Positions 19,736-29,638 of a stretch of 64,000 nucleotides of DNA are shown here, piece after piece. The DNA comes from Myxococcales bacterium (GTDB lineage: Bacteria; Myxococcota_A; Polyangia; Polyangiales; DASUME01). The notes beneath the pieces were generated by a model. That model saw only the letters and a list, made by a program, of their open reading frames with translations. It had not been told where the DNA came from and did not search any database. Positions within the stretch are counted from its first letter, which is position 1; every line of letters starts with the position of its first letter. A program made the position numbers and the translations under genes. The stretch covers positions 8,768,001 to 8,832,000 of the forward strand of contig JASGJH010000001.1 in NCBI GenBank assembly GCA_047601445.1, given 5' to 3'.

Positions 19736-20875
19736 ATGCAGGGCGTGACGAAGCGGCAGCGAAGTCTGCTGATCGGAGTCGTGCTCGGCATCGCGAGTGC
19801 TTGGTGGGGGTGCGGCTCGGAGTCGGGGGGCTCCGAGCCGCGAGCGGCCGCCAAGGTCGAGCCGCGCAGCGACCCCGGGGCGCGAGCGAGCGTGCAGCGC
19901 CCTGAGCCACTCGCGTCGGACCACGGGCGCGTGCTCTACGCCAGGATGTGCGCGGTCTGTCACGGTGCCAGAGGCGAGGGGTATCGTGCAGACAACGCGC
20001 CTGGCCTGGCGCACCCGGAGTTCTTGGCCAGTGTCAGCGACGAGGCGCTGGCGGTCGCGATCATGGACGGCCGCGCGGGCACGACCATGTCGGCGTGGCA
20101 CCTGTCCCATGGGGGCCCGCTGTCCGATCGCGATGTAGTGAGTCTCATCGAGTTCTTGCGCACGTGGTCCAGGGCTGCGCCTGCGGCGCTCGATGCGAGT
20201 CCGCCGCGAGGGGAGCCCGCCGCAGGCCGACGCCTGTTCGCGAAGGAGTGCGCGCGCTGTCACGACCCAGCCGGTCCCTACGTGCGCATCACGTCGCGTG
20301 AGTGGCTCTCCACCGCGACGCCCGGCTTTCTGCGTCATGCCTTGCGCGTTGGGCGCGTGGGGACGCCGATGGCGAGCTTTGCAGACCTGGGTGAGCGAGC
20401 CATCGAGGATCTCGTGGCCTACTTGACGAGTCTGCCGGCGTGGCCAACTCCGCAGCCTCCACCGCTGACTGCGCGCCCACCGCCGTTGCCGCTCGGACCG
20501 GTCCCCTTGAACCCGCGTGGACCTTCTCCTCGAGGCTTTGCGCCGTTTCCACGTATGACCTCGGTGGACGTCGTGCATGCGCAGCTCGCACGTGGAGCCC
20601 GCATGGTCTTGATCGACGCACGCGTACCCTCCGACTTCGTGCAGCTCCGCATCGAGGGCGCTGTCAGCGTGCCCTTCTACGATCCTGCGCCTTACTTCGC
20701 TGCGCTCCCCAAGGACACCTGGTTGGTCTGCTACTGCGGTTGCCCGCACGCCGAGTCGGGTGCGCTCGCGGAGCAGCTCGTCGCCGCTGGCTTCCGCAAG
20801 GTCACGGTGCTCGACGAGGGACTCGGTGAATGGCTCGCGCGGGGATATCCTGTCCACAGCGGCGGCGAACACTGA
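19736..20875 (+). CDS. Dihaem cytochrome c - rhodanese fusion protein
   Basis: CAVCH and CARCH haem motifs, Pro-rich linker, rhodanese LIDAR...YCGCPHAES...LDEGLGEW. Confidence 0.85.
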   Translation: MQGVTKRQRSLLIGVVLGIASAWWGCGSESGGSEPRAAAKVEPRSDPGARASVQRPEPLASDHGRVLYARMCAVCHGARGEGYRADNAPGLAHPEFLASVSDEALAVAIMDGRAGTTMSAWHLSHGGPLSDRDVVSLIEFLRTWSRAAPAALDASPPRGEPAAGRRLFAKECARCHDPAGPYVRITSREWLSTATPGFLRHALRVGRVGTPMASFADLGERAIEDLVAYLTSLPAWPTPQPPPLTARPPPLPLGPVPLNPRGPSPRGFAPFPRMTSVDVVHAQLARGARMVLIDARVPSDFVQLRIEGAVSVPFYDPAPYFAALPKDTWLVCYCGCPHAESGALAEQLVAAGFRKVTVLDEGLGEWLARGYPVHSGGEH

Positions 20876-20945
20876 TAGCCTCGCGTGAATGGCTGCATCG
20901 TTTTTTGTGAGCCGCGCGTCAGAGGATGCGCGCGTGAACCGCGTG

Positions 20946-22748
20946 ATGCGGAGTTTCCTTCGAAACAGGTCGTCTATCGCGATTGCCGGGGCAGCACTGC
21001 TTTGGTCATGCTCGGGCGACGGAACGCGCGCAGGCGACCACGTAGGCGATGGTGGCAAAGCGGACGGAGGTGGCTCCGCATGTGCCGGTCAGCCCTACGT
21101 TTGCGAGGGAAATCGCGCCGTGTCCTGTGGTCCGGACGCGGGTGCGGCCCAGGACTGCAGCGCCCTCGGCAAGGTATGCAACGAGTACTCGGGCTGCGCG
21201 GACTGCATTCCCGAGCAAGCCTCGTGCGAGAACGGCCAGGCCACTTGGTGTTCCCCCAAGGGCGAGCTGCTCGCATTCGAGTGCGACCCGGTGCAGGGGC
21301 TGACGTGCGATCCGGATGGCTGCAAGGGCGCATGCACCCTGGGCGAGGTCCATGATAGCTACATCGGTTGCGACTACTACCCCACCGTCACGCTGAACCC
21401 CGTGTGGAGCGGCTTCACGTTCGCCATCGCGGTCTCCAACGCGTCGGGTGCCGACACCAAGGTGACCATCACGCGCGGCGACGCTGTGGTGAAGGAGGAG
21501 ATGGTCGGAGCCGGTGAGCTCAAGAGCATCCCGCTCGACTGGATCCCGGAGCTCAAGGGTGGCGATTCGCAGTGCGCCACGCCGCCTCCTGCGGGGGGCA
21601 CGCGCCTGGTCGCCAACGGCGCATATCGCGTGCGCGCCGATCGGCCTGTGACGGTGTATCAGTTCAGTCCGCTCGACTACGAGCTCTCGCCCCGCCCGGC
21701 CGCCTGCCCTGTGATCGCAGAGTGCTCGACCAAGTCCAATGAGACCCGCTGTCTCTCCTACACGAACGATGCCTCGTTGCTGTTGCCCGCCTCGGCGCTC
21801 ACAGGTAGCTACACCGCGCTTTCCTGGCCTACGCAGGACAATGGCTCGGGCTTCATCGCCGTCACGGCCACGGAAGATGGCACCGAGCTGACGCTCACGG
21901 GGCAGGGCGCCACGGTGGCTGGCGCCGGCATCGGGTCCACTGCTCAGGGCACGGTCTCGATGAAGCGGGGCGACGTGCTCGAGGTGGTGGCTGCGGCCAA
22001 CGGAGATCTGAGTGGGACGCGACTGCGCGCGAACAAGCCCATCCAGGTGCTCGGTGGTCACAGCTGCGCGAACGTGCCTACCAAGGGCATCGACACCTGC
22101 GACCACATCGAAGAAGTGCTGTTCCCCGAGGACACGCTCGGCAAGGACTACCTGGTGACGCTCGGTATCTTTGCCAACCAGCAGACGCTGTGGCCGTCGG
22201 TAGTGCGTGTGGCGGCCATCCAGGACGGCACGAACGTGAGCTTCGATCCGCCGCTGTTCCCGGCCAAGACCCTCAACGCCGGCGAGATCGTGCAAGTGGA
22301 GCAATCCGGGGCGAACGCTCAGCCGGTGCACGTGATGGGCGACAAGCCGATCCTGGTCACGACCTACATGGTGGGGCAGGAGGCCCTTCCGGAGGCTCAT
22401 TTCGTGGGCGATCCATCGATGTCGATCGCGGTGCCCACCGAGCAGTTCCGGCAGTCCTACATCTTCACCGCGCCCACCAGCTACGCGATCAACTTTGCGA
22501 GCGTGATCGCAAAGCCGGGAGCCAACGCCAAGATCGACGGCGTGGTCGTGGAAGACTCGGCCTACACGCCCATCGGGAGCAGCGGCTACGGTGTGGCGCA
22601 CGTGGAGCTGAGCTCGGACACCTCGGTGCACACGCTCGAAGCGAGCCAGGAAGTCGGACTCTCGGTGTACGGCTATGGGAGCTTCACGAGTTATATGTAC
22701 CCCGGCGGAGCTGATCTCGATCGCATCACGGTGCCCCCGATCCTCTGA
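20946..22748 (+). CDS. Lipoprotein with an IgGFc-binding-protein N-terminal-like domain
   Basis: LWSC lipobox, SYIGCDYY, SYTNDASLLLP, CDHIEE, GDPSMS, C-terminal YGYG..TSYMYPGG. Confidence 0.8.
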   Translation: MRSFLRNRSSIAIAGAALLWSCSGDGTRAGDHVGDGGKADGGGSACAGQPYVCEGNRAVSCGPDAGAAQDCSALGKVCNEYSGCADCIPEQASCENGQATWCSPKGELLAFECDPVQGLTCDPDGCKGACTLGEVHDSYIGCDYYPTVTLNPVWSGFTFAIAVSNASGADTKVTITRGDAVVKEEMVGAGELKSIPLDWIPELKGGDSQCATPPPAGGTRLVANGAYRVRADRPVTVYQFSPLDYELSPRPAACPVIAECSTKSNETRCLSYTNDASLLLPASALTGSYTALSWPTQDNGSGFIAVTATEDGTELTLTGQGATVAGAGIGSTAQGTVSMKRGDVLEVVAAANGDLSGTRLRANKPIQVLGGHSCANVPTKGIDTCDHIEEVLFPEDTLGKDYLVTLGIFANQQTLWPSVVRVAAIQDGTNVSFDPPLFPAKTLNAGEIVQVEQSGANAQPVHVMGDKPILVTTYMVGQEALPEAHFVGDPSMSIAVPTEQFRQSYIFTAPTSYAINFASVIAKPGANAKIDGVVVEDSAYTPIGSSGYGVAHVELSSDTSVHTLEASQEVGLSVYGYGSFTSYMYPGGADLDRITVPPIL

Positions 22749-22895
22749 CCCGTCTCGGCCTTCCCGAGGCTCAAAAACAAGCGCAAACAAAATGGCCTCT
22801 TCAAGGATGAATCTTTGGAGGGTTATCCTGCCTTTTCCCGTCGTGCTTTGCTGGCGGGCGGACCCGCCCGCTTCGACCGAGATCCCGGAGTTGCC

Positions 22896-24902
22896 ATGAA
22901 CACGTCGCCCAACCGCGCCATCTCCAACGGTGCATTTCAGGCCTTCGGACGCAGCTGGGCGCGCTCGCTATTGCTAGGCATCTGTCTGCTCGCTGCCTGT
23001 TCGGGCAAGGAACAGAAAGGTGCTCAGCATGGCAACGGCGATGCAGGCGCGCTGACCGGCAACGATGGCGGCGGGGACGGCGATGGCAACGGCGACGGTG
23101 ATGGAGACGGCCAGGGCGATGGCGACGGAACCGGCGACGGTGACGCAGGCTCGGGCCACAAGGGCCCCATGTCGTGTTCACCCATCACGTGCGAAGCCAA
23201 GGGCTATTCGTGCGGCCTGGTCGAAGATGGTTGTGGCGGCGTGTTGCCCTGCGGCCCCTGCAAGGACAACAAGGTCTGTTCGCCCGATACCCATCAGTGC
23301 GTGGAGCCGGTTTCGCTCTGCATGATGCGCGAGTGCGGCGCCGCCATCGACGCCTGCAACGATCCCGTCGCCTGCGGCGGCTCCTGCGGGGCGGGCGAGA
23401 TCTGCAAGGGCGGCGAGTGTCAGGCCTGCGTTCCACGTGAGTGCAACAAGGACGGTCTATGCGGCGACGTGTCCGACGGTTGCGGCGCCACGCTGCACTG
23501 TCCTGGCTGCGGCGACGGAATGGCCTGCGATCGAATCATTCATCAGTGCGCCGCCTGCGAGCCCACCACCTGTCTCGGCGAGGGTGTCGAGTGCGGCACC
23601 ATTAGCGACGGCTGCGGCAAGACCCTGGATTGCAAGGCCTGCACTGCCGACAAGATGTGCTTGAGCGGCAAGTGCGTGCCCAAGGCGCTTCCGGCCGAGT
23701 GCACCGCGCAAGGCGCCAACTGCGGCGACATCCTCCATGCCTGCACGGGCGCCAAGCTCAACTGCGGCAAGTGCGTGGAAGGCGAGATCTGCTCGAACAA
23801 CGTGTGCAAGAGCTGCGTGCCCACCAGCTGCGACGAGAAGAGCGCGGTGTGCGGCGACATCGACGATGGCTGCGGAGGCAAGCTGCACTGCGGTGACTGC
23901 GATGATGCCAAGGACGAGGTGTGCAACCGCGGCAGTTGCTGCGTGCCCAAGACCTGCGAGCAGCTCGGCAAGAACTGCGGCGACAACGTCGATGACGGCT
24001 GCGGCGGCAAACTGCACTGCGGCGACTGCGACCCGCTGAAGAACCAGTTCTGCGGCTACAAGACCTCACCCAACGTCTGCGGCACTTGCATCCCCACCAC
24101 CACCTGCGCCGACGCGGGCGAGCAGTGCGGCCGGCTCTTCGACGGCTGCAAGGACGTCAATTGCGGCGACTGCGACGCCGGTGAGGGATGCGACAATGGT
24201 GGAACAGCCAACATCTGCGTGCAGTGCCCCACCTGCGCGTCAATCGCCGCGGACAACGGCGGCAAGCAGGCCTGTGGTCCTCACAAGGGCGTTTGCGGCG
24301 ACCTGAACTGCGGCGATTGCTTGGCCTCCAATGAGAGGTGCGGTGCCGGTGGAACCGCTGGTATCTGCGACGTTTGCGTGCCCGACCCCAACGCCTGCGC
24401 TGGCAAGAACTGCGGCACGGTCTGGAACGGCTGCGACAACGTGACCTGCTCGCCTAACAGCTGCGGCGCGGGCGAGACCTGTGGCGCCAATGGAGTCGCC
24501 AACGTGTGCGGCGTGTGCTCGCCCACCACCAGCTGCCAGGCCCAGGGTAAGACCTGCGGCACGGTCTGGAACGGCTGCGTGAACGAGCAGTGTGCCGGCT
24601 GCAAGGCGGGCGAGAAGTGCATTGCGAACGGCACCCAGTGCTGCAAGCCCGACAGTTGCTCTGCTCACGCCGGTCAGTGCGGAGACATCGACGATGGTTG
24701 CGGTGGCACCTTGCACTGCGGCTGCCCGTCGCAGTCCCAGAGCTGCTTCAACGGTAGCTGCTGCGTGCGCCGCACCTGCCAGGAGATTGCCAACCAGATC
24801 GGCGGCAACGATCCCGTGGTCGGCTGTGTGGACGGCGACCAGCAGAACTTCATCGAGTGCGGCGAGATCGTGCAGTGCGAGTTGTGCCTCGATCTCCAGT
24901 GA
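22896..24902 (+). CDS. Cys-rich repeat lipoprotein (C.P.TC...CG...DGCG repeats) with GD linker
   Basis: LAAC lipobox, GDGDGNGDGD tract, more than 10 Cys-rich repeats. Confidence 0.8.
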   Translation: MNTSPNRAISNGAFQAFGRSWARSLLLGICLLAACSGKEQKGAQHGNGDAGALTGNDGGGDGDGNGDGDGDGQGDGDGTGDGDAGSGHKGPMSCSPITCEAKGYSCGLVEDGCGGVLPCGPCKDNKVCSPDTHQCVEPVSLCMMRECGAAIDACNDPVACGGSCGAGEICKGGECQACVPRECNKDGLCGDVSDGCGATLHCPGCGDGMACDRIIHQCAACEPTTCLGEGVECGTISDGCGKTLDCKACTADKMCLSGKCVPKALPAECTAQGANCGDILHACTGAKLNCGKCVEGEICSNNVCKSCVPTSCDEKSAVCGDIDDGCGGKLHCGDCDDAKDEVCNRGSCCVPKTCEQLGKNCGDNVDDGCGGKLHCGDCDPLKNQFCGYKTSPNVCGTCIPTTTCADAGEQCGRLFDGCKDVNCGDCDAGEGCDNGGTANICVQCPTCASIAADNGGKQACGPHKGVCGDLNCGDCLASNERCGAGGTAGICDVCVPDPNACAGKNCGTVWNGCDNVTCSPNSCGAGETCGANGVANVCGVCSPTTSCQAQGKTCGTVWNGCVNEQCAGCKAGEKCIANGTQCCKPDSCSAHAGQCGDIDDGCGGTLHCGCPSQSQSCFNGSCCVRRTCQEIANQIGGNDPVVGCVDGDQQNFIECGEIVQCELCLDLQ

Positions 24903-24917
24903 ACGAGTGACCAGAAC

Positions 24918-26795
24918 ATGATTCAACGCTCCAGTTTCAAGCTCTACAGCGCGTTGCTGCTCGCCAGCGCCGCCTGCGGTGGTGACGTCAACGGCGGCCA
25001 CATGCTCGACGAAGATGCCGGCGAGACCATGGACGCCTCGCACATGGGCATGCCTGAGGCAGGGCCCGCTCCGGTCGTGGATGCGGGCAGCGATGCCGCG
25101 GTGGAGGACCCCTACCAGGTGTGCTCCTCGGACGGCTGGTGCTTCGAGCAGCCGCTACCCACGGTGGCCGATCTGTTCACGGGCGTGCGCGTGAGTCCGA
25201 CGCAGGCGTGGTTCGGCGGCGAACGCGGCACCTTGCTGTCCTACGACGGCGTGGGAATCGCGGGTGCAGCCAGCGGCACCGAGTCTGCGCTCCGGGGCAT
25301 GTTCGCGTTCTCGCCCACGGACGCCTGGGCGGTCGGCGATGCGACCACCGTGCTGCGCTTCGACGGCACCAAGTGGAGCCCGCTCGCCACGGGCACCGAC
25401 GGCGGGACGGCCGCACCCGAGGAGCTCCAGGCAGTGTGGGGCGCCAGCGCGGACGACGTCTGGATCGTGGGTCGAGCGGGGGCGCTCTGGCGTGCGCAGG
25501 CGGGTGTCCTCGCCAAGCAGACGGCTCCTTCGGGCGATCACTTCCACGCCATCTGGGGCAGCTCCGCGAGCGACATCTTTGCGGTCGGCGACAAGGGCGC
25601 GTCGATGCACTACGACGGCACCAAGTGGACCAAGAGTCCCGCGCTTCCGAGCACCGGCAAGAACCTGCTCGCCATCCACGGCACGGGGCCCACGGACGTC
25701 TGGGCCGTCGGCGCAGCCGGCATCGTGCTGCACTTCGACGGCATGAAGTGGAGCGCGGTGGAGCTCACGCTGCCCAAGGTGGACCTGTGGGCGGTGCGAG
25801 CCATCTCGGCCACGGAGGTCCTGGTGGTCGGCGCCGAAGGAGCAACTTATCGCTACGACGGTACCACCTGGCACGCGCTCACCAGCGGCGTGGACGAGAT
25901 CATCCACGGCATCGTGCCCGGTGAAGCCGGTCGCTTCATGACCGTGGGCAACCACGGCACCGCCATCGAGTGGAATGGCGAGGTCCGTAATACGTTCAGC
26001 GAAGGTCCGCGCACCAACCACCTGGCGCAGTTCGACGGCAAAGACGGCGCGCTCTGGATCCTCGGCGATGGCACCGAGAAGCTCACCGAAGCCGGCTATG
26101 AAACCGTCGACACCGGCACGCCCCGCTCGCTCTACGGTGGCTTCGCGCCGTCGGCTGCGGTCGCGTGGGCGGTGGGCACCAACGGCACCATCGTGCGGCG
26201 CAAGGACGGCAAGTTCGCCCCAATGGAGAGCGGCACCATGAACTGGCTGCGGTCCGTATGGGGTCCCAACGAGAGCAGCGCCTGGTTGGTCGGCGACAAG
26301 GGCACCGTGCTCGGTCTCTTGAACGGTGCGTCCTGGCAGAAGATCTCGGCGGGAGCGACAGTCGACCTCTACGCGGTCTGGGGCACTTCGCTCGAGGATG
26401 CCTGGACGGTGGGCGACATGGGCACGGCGGTGCACTGGGACGGCACGTCCTGGACGCCGATCGCCACCAACTCCACGGCGGGCCTGCGCTCGCTCTGGGG
26501 CAGCGCGGCCAACGACGTGTGGGCCGCCGGCACGCTGGGTACGGTGCTGCACTGGAATGGACAAGCCTGGGTAATCTCCCAGAGCGGCGCTGGCTACTCA
26601 TTGAATTCGATCTGGGGCACGGGTCCCAGCGACATCTATGCGGTCGGCAGCGGCGGCACCATCGTGCACTACGATGGCAGCGCGTGGACCCAGCAGAGCT
26701 CTCCCACCGATCGCGCACTGTTCTCGGTGATGGCTGGCCCCGATGGTGTGTTGCGTGCCGTCGGTGAGGACGGCGTAGTGCTCACCAAGCGCTAG
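24918..26795 (+). CDS. Beta-propeller repeat lipoprotein (WG-S--DVWAVG repeats)
   Basis: SAAC lipobox; ~40-aa repeats LxAVWGxxxxDVWAVGxxGxxxHxDG. Confidence 0.82.
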   Translation: MIQRSSFKLYSALLLASAACGGDVNGGHMLDEDAGETMDASHMGMPEAGPAPVVDAGSDAAVEDPYQVCSSDGWCFEQPLPTVADLFTGVRVSPTQAWFGGERGTLLSYDGVGIAGAASGTESALRGMFAFSPTDAWAVGDATTVLRFDGTKWSPLATGTDGGTAAPEELQAVWGASADDVWIVGRAGALWRAQAGVLAKQTAPSGDHFHAIWGSSASDIFAVGDKGASMHYDGTKWTKSPALPSTGKNLLAIHGTGPTDVWAVGAAGIVLHFDGMKWSAVELTLPKVDLWAVRAISATEVLVVGAEGATYRYDGTTWHALTSGVDEIIHGIVPGEAGRFMTVGNHGTAIEWNGEVRNTFSEGPRTNHLAQFDGKDGALWILGDGTEKLTEAGYETVDTGTPRSLYGGFAPSAAVAWAVGTNGTIVRRKDGKFAPMESGTMNWLRSVWGPNESSAWLVGDKGTVLGLLNGASWQKISAGATVDLYAVWGTSLEDAWTVGDMGTAVHWDGTSWTPIATNSTAGLRSLWGSAANDVWAAGTLGTVLHWNGQAWVISQSGAGYSLNSIWGTGPSDIYAVGSGGTIVHYDGSAWTQQSSPTDRALFSVMAGPDGVLRAVGEDGVVLTKR

Positions 26796-26803
26796 GACAC
26801 CCC

Positions 26804-27661
26804 CTAGCGCGACAGGGTTTCTTCGAGCCGGCTCTTCAGCTGACCTACGTAGCTTGCCCCGAACAGGCATACGTGCACGAGCAGCGGATAGAGCTGGCAC
26901 AGGGCCACGCGTTGCTCGGCCCGTGGGGCCCGCGGATACACTTCGTCGTAAGCGCGGAAGAGGCGCTCGGACGGTGACCCGAACAGCGACAGCATGGCCA
27001 AATCCATCTCGCGATGGCCGCCGTAGACCGCGGGATCGATCAGCACTGGGGCGCCCCGTTCGTCGCAGTGCACATTCCCGCTCCAGAGGTCGCCATGCAG
27101 TCGACTCGGCGGCTCGTCCGGTCCCGCGAGCTCGGGCAAGCGCTCGCGCAGCTCCTCGAAGCGCAGGAGCAACAATCCCGCAAGCAGACCGCGCGCACCC
27201 GCGCGAGCCAGCAGCGGCTTTAGCCGCTCGCTCCAATAGAACGCCGGCCAACTCGCGCTCTCGCGATTCGATTGCCCAAGCGAACCGATGAAATTCTCCC
27301 GCGCCAGTCCGAAGGTCGGCGCCCCTGCCTGGTGCACGCGCGCCAGCCCTCGCCCGAGCTGCTCCTCGAAGTCCCGTGCGCGAGCCCTCGCCTCGATCCA
27401 CTCGAGCACCAGGAACTCGCGTGTGGCCAACTCCACTTTGGGCACCCGCAGCGCCCCCACCTCGGCGAGCCATGCGAGCCCTTCTGCCTCGCGCGCGTAC
27501 ATCTCCGGTGGGGCGCCCGCCCGCGTCTTCACGAAACGCAGGCTGCCGTCGCTCAGCTGCGCCCGGAAGGCCTCGTTGATGTCGCCGCCCGGAACCCGCG
27601 TGAGGTCCACAATCTCGCGCCCCAGCGTGCTCGCTAGGGCACGCCGCAGGGCCTCGCTCAC
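26804..27661 (-). CDS. Fructosamine kinase family protein
   Basis: GGDIN, LHGDLWSGN, LIDPAVYGGHREMDLAM. Confidence 0.92.
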   Translation of the reverse strand: MSEALRRALASTLGREIVDLTRVPGGDINEAFRAQLSDGSLRFVKTRAGAPPEMYAREAEGLAWLAEVGALRVPKVELATREFLVLEWIEARARARDFEEQLGRGLARVHQAGAPTFGLARENFIGSLGQSNRESASWPAFYWSERLKPLLARAGARGLLAGLLLLRFEELRERLPELAGPDEPPSRLHGDLWSGNVHCDERGAPVLIDPAVYGGHREMDLAMLSLFGSPSERLFRAYDEVYPRAPRAEQRVALCQLYPLLVHVCLFGASYVGQLKSRLEETLSR

Positions 27662-28164
27662 AGGCCGTGCTCCCGCTGCACGTGCGCCAAGAGCCCGCGG
27701 CACGCCGAGTCACAGATATCGAAGACGCGCTCGAAGCCCTCGGGGCCGCCGTAGTACGGGTCCGGCACGCTCAGATCGTCCCGCGCGTGCTCGGGCTCGA
27801 ACGAGCGCAGCAAGTGCACCTTGGAGCGCGCCGCGGGCGTGCTCGCCAGAGCCAGCAAATTGCGCTGATTTTGCTCGTCCATGGCCAACACGTAGTGGAA
27901 GCGCTCGAAGTCGCTGCGCTCGAATGCCCGCGCGATGCTCGGCAGGTCGACCCCGCGCGCCTGCGCCGTTTGGCGGCTGCGGCGGTCGGCGCGCTCGCCG
28001 ACGTGGTAGGCGGCCGTGCCCGCGCTGTCGATCTCGATGCGCCCGGCCAGGCCCGCGGTCTTCACCAACGCCAACATGATGCCCTCGGCGGTCGGCGATC
28101 GACAGATGTTGCCGAGGCACACGAAGCAGATGCGCACGCGTTCGCCGTCCATGTCCTGCCTCAC
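27658..28164 (-). CDS. Low-molecular-weight protein-tyrosine phosphatase
   Basis: CLGNICRS P-loop, DSAGT, VPDPYYG. Confidence 0.95.
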   Translation of the reverse strand: MRQDMDGERVRICFVCLGNICRSPTAEGIMLALVKTAGLAGRIEIDSAGTAAYHVGERADRRSRQTAQARGVDLPSIARAFERSDFERFHYVLAMDEQNQRNLLALASTPAARSKVHLLRSFEPEHARDDLSVPDPYYGGPEGFERVFDICDSACRGLLAHVQREHGL

Positions 28165-29621
28165 TCCGTGATGACGACCAAGCTTCCCGTGTAGCCGGTC
28201 TTCTGCGTGGACACGCCGTGCCAGCCAGGGGCCACCACCGGCCAGGTGTGCTGGAAGATGTAGAACGCGTCAGCCGGGGCCAGGTTCACGCAGCCGTGGG
28301 AGCGCTTGATGCCGAACTGCGAGTGCCAGAACGCTCCGTGCAGCGCGCGCGCGCCATCGAAGTACTGGGTCCACGGCACATCGTCGATGCTGTACCGGTT
28401 GTCGGCCACGTCGGCTCCGATGTCGGCCATGCTGTCCGACACGTACTTCTTGTGGATGCGAAAGCTGCCGAGCGGCGTGGCGTGCTCCACCAGGCCCGAC
28501 GAGATCAGCGTCGCGTAGATGGGCTCGTCCCCCACGTAGAGCACCAGGGTTTGCTCACCCACGTCCACGTGCACCCAGGGCTCTTTGGGGCCGACTTCCT
28601 TGGGCCGCGCCATCTTCTCGGCCACCGCCAGGTACCAGTCGTACAGATAGGTGCCGTCGCTCAGCTCGTGCATCAGCTTGCCGTCGACGCGCGCCCAACC
28701 CTTCCAGTTGCTCACCACCGACAGCCGCTCGAACGGCTTGGCATCGGGCGCATCGACCCAGTTCACGCTGCCATCGGCGCGCGTCTTCGGGACCTGCGGC
28801 GTGGCTCCGCGCACTGCCCACACGGCGGGTAACGTCTTTCCGTCCTTGAGCTCCACGCCGTGAAACGAGGGCCCTGACTTGGGCTCGAGCTGCTGCGCCT
28901 TGATGTAGCTCCCTCGCACGGAACGCGCGAACGTCCGCTGCGAGCGCACCAGCGTGCCCGTGGAGGCCACGTAGAAACCGCGCTCCAAAAACCGGCGAAT
29001 CACCGCGTGCTTGGTGGGCTGCCCCGGCAGGCTGCCCTCGAGGAACTTCTTGAGCTTCTGTGCGTTGCCCTCGAGCTCCAGCTTCTGCCACATGTCCGAG
29101 TAGGCCGCCGCGGCGCGCTGTTGATCGCGCGACGGCAGCTGGTGGTACTCGGGCACCTTGGCGTCCTTCACCAGGTAGTACTGGTAGGGCATGGGCGCGT
29201 TGCGGTTGGCTTCGGAGCGGTCTTCCTCGGCCACCTGCGGAGCGCCCGGCGACACGTCGATGCCTTCGCCCGCGCACACGAACCCCTTGGGGTGGATCTC
29301 GTGCCAGCCGCTCTTGCAGGTCGCACTCTTCAGGGTGCTCGGCTTGAGCCGTATGATCTCACCGCGACGCAGCCAGCCCAGCGCGATGCCCTCCGGAGCC
29401 GCCTCCTTGCGCACCGTGATGGCGGTGCCGCTGACGCGCCCGTAGAGCGGGAAGTCTTGGTAGGGATCGGGCCCCAGGTTCGCGGCACCCACCTGGCCCG
29501 TCTGCTCTGGTGTGCCCTCGGCCGCGTTCGCACCTTCGGCCTTCGAGCAGCCTGCGGCCAGCGCCAGGAGCAGAAGAGGCAGGGCAAAACGGGGTCTCGA
29601 TAGCCGCACGGGACCCTTCAT
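28161..29621 (-). CDS. L,D-transpeptidase lipoprotein
   Basis: LAAGC lipobox, TPLGSF, ALHGAFWH...SHGCVNL. Confidence 0.9.
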   Translation of the reverse strand: MKGPVRLSRPRFALPLLLLALAAGCSKAEGANAAEGTPEQTGQVGAANLGPDPYQDFPLYGRVSGTAITVRKEAAPEGIALGWLRRGEIIRLKPSTLKSATCKSGWHEIHPKGFVCAGEGIDVSPGAPQVAEEDRSEANRNAPMPYQYYLVKDAKVPEYHQLPSRDQQRAAAAYSDMWQKLELEGNAQKLKKFLEGSLPGQPTKHAVIRRFLERGFYVASTGTLVRSQRTFARSVRGSYIKAQQLEPKSGPSFHGVELKDGKTLPAVWAVRGATPQVPKTRADGSVNWVDAPDAKPFERLSVVSNWKGWARVDGKLMHELSDGTYLYDWYLAVAEKMARPKEVGPKEPWVHVDVGEQTLVLYVGDEPIYATLISSGLVEHATPLGSFRIHKKYVSDSMADIGADVADNRYSIDDVPWTQYFDGARALHGAFWHSQFGIKRSHGCVNLAPADAFYIFQHTWPVVAPGWHGVSTQKTGYTGSLVVITE

Positions 29622-29638
29622 GTAACGATCGGCGGCCA

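Noticed and set aside
22896..24902. Repetitive DNA as a possible CRISPR array or tandem non-coding repeat
   Set aside because: The repeats are in-frame, degenerate protein repeats without constant repeat-spacer structure
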